From Chloroflexota bacterium (GTDB lineage: Bacteria > Chloroflexota > UBA11872 > VXOZ01), in contig CAXXVD010000002.1 of assembly GCA_963662335.2 (NCBI GenBank), forward strand, positions 128,001 to 192,000: a stretch of DNA of 64,000 bases. The letters are read 5' to 3'. The translations under genes and the position numbers were made by a program. Below the pieces are notes generated by a model. The model worked only from the letters and a program-made list of their open reading frames with translations. It had not been told where the DNA came from and ran no database searches. Of this stretch, positions 59,855 through 64,000 are shown piece after piece (the first letter of the stretch is position 1; each line of letters begins with the position of its first letter).

Positions 59855-61300
59855 TTGGCAACGTTAACGGGCACGATACACGACGCGGCAACGGGCAGCC
59901 GCCTGGCGGCAAAGGTCTCGGTGCAGGCCAGTAGCGGACGCTTCCTGGCGCCGGAGGACAGCCTGGAGACCGTCGGCACCACCAATCCGTTCTTCTACGC
60001 CGACGGTACGTTCTCCCTGGAAGGCCCGTGCGGGCAGGCGGACGTGCGCGTAGAGCGGGGCACGGAGTACGCGCCCTTGGAGATGACGGTTGACCTCCCG
60101 CTGCACGGAACCGTAAACCTTGAATTGCCGCTGCAACGCTGGATCAGCCTGCCGAAGCAGGGGCTCTACCCGGGCAATACGCACATCCACTACCGTGAAT
60201 TTGAATCACGGCCCGAGGAGCGTCTGCGCTTCGACACCTCAGTGGAGGACCTTACGGTTACGATCGTCAGCGTCTTGCAGCGCGGTGAATTGGAATACGC
60301 CACCAACCGCTTTCCCGTGGGGGAAATGGAGCATCCGACCACGCCCGGCCACGTGCTGGACGTGGGTGAAGAGACGCGGCACAATAACTGGTCATACGGT
60401 ACCGGGTACGGCCACGTGATGCTGGTGCGGCTGCAGGAGCAGGTGGAACCGCTGAGCCGGGGCGTGCTGGTGGACGAGTCGGCGCCGGACTACCCCCCGC
60501 TGATTGACGCGTGCGCCGCGGCGCAGGAGCAGGGCGGGGTGACGATCTGGTGCCACAACGGCAAGGGGATGGAAGCGCCGATTGCCGCCGGTCTGGGGCG
60601 CTTGGACGCGGTCAATCTCTTCGATCCCTACTGGATGGACCCGGAGTACGACCTCTGGTACCATTTGCTCAATTGCGGATTTCAGTTGCCGGTGAGCACC
60701 GGTTCGGATTGGTTCGTGTGTTCGGCGAACCGGGTGTACGTGCAACTTGAGGATTCGTTCTCCTACGACACGTGGCTCGACGGCCTGAAGAGCGGGGCGA
60801 CGTTCATCACCAACGGGCCGTCGCTCACGTTGCGTGTGGCCGGCCAGTTGCCGGGGGCCGTGGTGGATCTGCGCGGCAGCCGGCGCAAGCAGGTCAACGC
60901 CTTCGTGCGTTGGCAGGCCCTGCGGCCGGTGCAGCGCATCGAGCTTGTCTGCAACGGCGAGGTGGTGGCGCGCGAGGAATACAGCGAGGGCCTGCGCGAG
61001 GGCGTGTTGCGCGCCCGCTTGGCCGTGCCCAACGATAGCTGGATCGCGGCCCGCTGCTGGGGACGCCAGCGCGATAGCTACGGCCACGCGCAATGGGCGC
61101 ACACCAGTCCGGTCTACGTGCAGTCCGGCGGCGCGAACCCGGCGACGAGGGGCTCGGCGGCCTTCTTCGTGGAAGAGATGGAGCACGCCATTGACTGGGT
61201 TGCAACCAAGGGCCGCTTCGAGCGCGACGAGCACCGGCAACGCATGGTGGAAATCTTCACCGCCGGCCGCGAGCAGTACGCGCGCCTGGCGCGGAGCTAA
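59855..61300 (+). CDS. CehA/McbA-like PHP metallohydrolase
   Basis: GNTHIHY, GEE, YGHV, WCH, GSD, FITNGP, AHTSPVY. Confidence 0.82.
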   Translation: MATLTGTIHDAATGSRLAAKVSVQASSGRFLAPEDSLETVGTTNPFFYADGTFSLEGPCGQADVRVERGTEYAPLEMTVDLPLHGTVNLELPLQRWISLPKQGLYPGNTHIHYREFESRPEERLRFDTSVEDLTVTIVSVLQRGELEYATNRFPVGEMEHPTTPGHVLDVGEETRHNNWSYGTGYGHVMLVRLQEQVEPLSRGVLVDESAPDYPPLIDACAAAQEQGGVTIWCHNGKGMEAPIAAGLGRLDAVNLFDPYWMDPEYDLWYHLLNCGFQLPVSTGSDWFVCSANRVYVQLEDSFSYDTWLDGLKSGATFITNGPSLTLRVAGQLPGAVVDLRGSRRKQVNAFVRWQALRPVQRIELVCNGEVVAREEYSEGLREGVLRARLAVPNDSWIAARCWGRQRDSYGHAQWAHTSPVYVQSGGANPATRGSAAFFVEEMEHAIDWVATKGRFERDEHRQRMVEIFTAGREQYARLARS

Positions 61301-61455
61301 GCCGCGCGGATATTTCGTCACGATTTCCGCGCAAGCCAAGCTCGACAAAACCTGCGCGGGGACTTTCGTCCCGTCAGCGCGTGCCTCCTCTCACTCTGGA
61401 AACCTCTCCATAACCCGCGCCGGCAGGCAAGCAGACTCCCTCTCCCTGGGAGAGG

Positions 61456-61580
61456 CTGGCAGGGGTATGTACATGTCATTCCGAGCGCAGCGTCGAACGA
61501 GGTTCGCGGAATCTAAAGACGCTGATTTTGCCGGGCTGTGCTTGAGATTCCTCACTGCGGTTGCGCAGCGGCGCGCTCCC
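61456..61580. mobile_element. Third, right-end-decayed copy of the same MITE family
   Basis: ctggcaggggtatgtacatgtcattccgagc matches the 7793 left end; directly follows ctccctctccctgggagagg. Confidence 0.7.
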
Positions 61581-61630
61581 GCGCTACTGTGCTAGTGAAC
61601 GCCTGCTGCAAGCAAAGGAAAGCCGCTGCC

Positions 61631-63910
61631 ATGGGTCAACTCGATACCGATTACGCCCGTTTGCCAGACACAGAAGCCCTCACCCGTGAAGGCGATATTG
61701 CCGCGCAGATGATCGCCGGCATTCATCGCTACCTGGACCGCGAACTGGACACCGCCGATAGTGAGGCTGAGAACGCCTTGCGCGCGCCGGCCGGGTCTGC
61801 CACCGCACTGGCGGAGCACGTCGCGGCAAAGCGGCGGGAATTCGCCCACAACATCGGCGTCATCGACGAACGCGCGCCGGTTTCCGCGTTGGAATTCGTG
61901 TGTTCAACCACGGATCCCTTTCGCGTCGCCGCCACCCGGCACTACGACGTGCACGCCATTCGCTGGCCCGTGCTGGACGGGGTGGAAGGCGAGGGCTTGC
62001 TGCTGCGCCCTAAGCGGCCGCCGATCGCCCACGTGATCGCCGTGCCGGACGCCGATTGGACGCCGGAGATGGTGGCCGGACTCGCGCCCGGCCTGGAACC
62101 GGCGCAGCAATTCGCCCGCCGCCTGGTGGAGCGCGGCTGCCAGGTGGTCGTGCCGCTGCTCATCGACCGCGACCACACCTTTTCCGGCAATCCGAAGATC
62201 CGCATGACCGACCAGCCCCACCGCGAGTTCATCTACCGCATGGCCTGCGAGATGGGCCGCCACGTCATCGGCTACGAAGTGCAGAAAATTCTGGCGCTGG
62301 TGGACTTCTTCTCGTCTCAGCCGGCGCTGGCAGCCGCGCCGGTGGCGGTGTTTGGCTACGGCGAGGGCGGCCTGCTGGCGCTCTACGGCGGCGCGCTGGA
62401 CGAGCGCATCGGCGCGGTGGGCGTGAGCGGCTACTTCCGCAACCGCCGCGCGCTCTGGCAAGAGCCGCTCTACCGCAACGTCTGGCGGCTGCTGCGCGGC
62501 TTCAGCGACGCGGAACTGGCGAGCATGATTGCGCCGCGCCCTCTGATTATAGAGGCAACTGCCGCGCCTACCGTGATCGGCTTGCCGCCCATTACAGATC
62601 TTGAACGCGTGCGCGGGCGGGTTGGCGCGCCCGGCAAGATCGAGCCCGCGCCGCTAGCGGAAGTCCAGGCCGAGGCTGCCCGCGCGCAACCGGCATACGC
62701 GGCGTGCGATGCCGCAGACCGGCTCGTGCTGGTGGTACCTCACACAGATGACCCCGGGCCCGGCTCGGCAGCGGCATTGGAAGCCCTGCTGCATGGCCTG
62801 GGTGTTAAGGCAGGAGACGAAGCACCGGCAAGCGCTCCCCAAGACGCCCGCACCCAATTTGACGCATCTGCCCGCATGCAACGGCAGTTCACCCAGATCG
62901 TCACCCACGTGCAACAGCGCCTCGAAGTGGCATGGCGCACGCGCGAGGACTATTGGTCTGAGGCAGACACGTCTTCGCTAGAGGCGTGGGAAGAGTCCGC
63001 CGCCATTTATAGAAAACGCTTCTGGGAAGACCTGATCGGCCGTTGTCCCGACCCCAGCCTGCCGTTCAACGCGCAGAGCCGCCCCTACGGCGAGAGCGAC
63101 CAATGGACTGGCTACGAGGTCACATTGGACGTGCATCCCGACGTCTTTACCCACGGCATCCTGCTGGTACCCAAGGACGTCAAGCCCGGCGAGCAACGGC
63201 CGGTGGTGGTCTGCCAACACGGCTTGGAAGGCCGGCCGGAGGACGTCATCAAGGAAGAAGAAGGCCCGTACCACGCCTTTGCCGCGCGCCTGGCCGAACG
63301 CGGCTACGTCACCTACGCGCCGCAGAATCCCTACATCGGCTACCACGAGTTCCGCACGCTCCAGCGCAAGGCCAATCCCCTGGGCTGGACGCTCTTCACG
63401 TTCGCCATCGCGCAGCACCAGCAGACGCTCGCCTGGCTCTCCGCGCTGCCGTGCGTAGACCCGGCGCGCATCGGCTTCTACGGCCTCTCCTACGGCGGCA
63501 AGGCGGCCATGCGCATTCCCACGGCGCTCACCCAGTACGCGCTTTCCATCTGCTCGGGCGATTTCAACGAGTGGGCGCGCAAGTGCGCGAGCACTGACTA
63601 TTTCTCCGGCTATATGTTCAACCACGAGTGGGAGATGCAGGAGTTCAACCTGGGGCAGACCTTCAACTACGCCGAAATGGCCTACCTGATGGCGCCGCGC
63701 CCCTTCATGGTGGAACGCGGCCACCGCGACGGCGTGGCGTCCGACGAATGGTGCGCCTACGAATACGCCCGCGTCCAACGCCGCTACGCCGACCTGAAGA
63801 TCCCCGAACGCGCCGCAATCTACTACTTCGACGGCGGCCACATGATCGAAAGCACCGGGACGTTTGCTTTCTTGGATAAGCACCTAAACTGGGAGCCGCG
63901 CAATGGCTAG
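61631..63910 (+). CDS. Two-domain alpha/beta hydrolase (dienelactone hydrolase-like)
   Basis: C-terminal GLSYGG nucleophile elbow and FDGGH; N-terminal domain has degenerate GYGEGG. Confidence 0.85.
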   Translation: MGQLDTDYARLPDTEALTREGDIAAQMIAGIHRYLDRELDTADSEAENALRAPAGSATALAEHVAAKRREFAHNIGVIDERAPVSALEFVCSTTDPFRVAATRHYDVHAIRWPVLDGVEGEGLLLRPKRPPIAHVIAVPDADWTPEMVAGLAPGLEPAQQFARRLVERGCQVVVPLLIDRDHTFSGNPKIRMTDQPHREFIYRMACEMGRHVIGYEVQKILALVDFFSSQPALAAAPVAVFGYGEGGLLALYGGALDERIGAVGVSGYFRNRRALWQEPLYRNVWRLLRGFSDAELASMIAPRPLIIEATAAPTVIGLPPITDLERVRGRVGAPGKIEPAPLAEVQAEAARAQPAYAACDAADRLVLVVPHTDDPGPGSAAALEALLHGLGVKAGDEAPASAPQDARTQFDASARMQRQFTQIVTHVQQRLEVAWRTREDYWSEADTSSLEAWEESAAIYRKRFWEDLIGRCPDPSLPFNAQSRPYGESDQWTGYEVTLDVHPDVFTHGILLVPKDVKPGEQRPVVVCQHGLEGRPEDVIKEEEGPYHAFAARLAERGYVTYAPQNPYIGYHEFRTLQRKANPLGWTLFTFAIAQHQQTLAWLSALPCVDPARIGFYGLSYGGKAAMRIPTALTQYALSICSGDFNEWARKCASTDYFSGYMFNHEWEMQEFNLGQTFNYAEMAYLMAPRPFMVERGHRDGVASDEWCAYEYARVQRRYADLKIPERAAIYYFDGGHMIESTGTFAFLDKHLNWEPRNG

Positions 63911-64000
63911 CGGCGAAATGAGTAGGCTTGGACTTAGGCTATAGGCATTTGAATGCCAACATGAAGAGCCGCTACCCAATGTGAAGCTGCTCCTCCACGT

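Overview
GC-rich bacterial chromosome segment, most consistent with a Chloroflexota genome (inferred from Pro/Thr-rich lipoproteins, DarA, DUF1640-like small proteins and a Gram-positive-type LexA box; not checked by search). Core genes: nusA-ylxR-infB-rbfA-nrnA-truB-ribF, leuC/leuD, fabG, tRNA-Pro(CGG), plus many catabolic enzymes and transport proteins. Intergenic DNA carries about six families of REP-like palindromes, a RAYT transposase flanked by its cognate REPs, tandem repeats that start in REPs, and MITE-like elements inserted into REPs with 11-bp target duplications (three copies of one family, one of another). Other points of interest: a SAM-I riboswitch ahead of a ThrC-like enzyme plus ubiquitin-like sulfur carrier, a cobalamin-binding CarH-type sensor fused to a C-terminal XRE HTH facing a fasciclin gene, a TerY-P-like vWA/PP2C/kinase triad with a membrane-anchored kinase, a low-GC ClpP-like protease two-gene module beside higBA, a LexA-boxed small ORF, and a truncated VapC remnant. 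All calls come from reading motifs by eye; no database searches were run.
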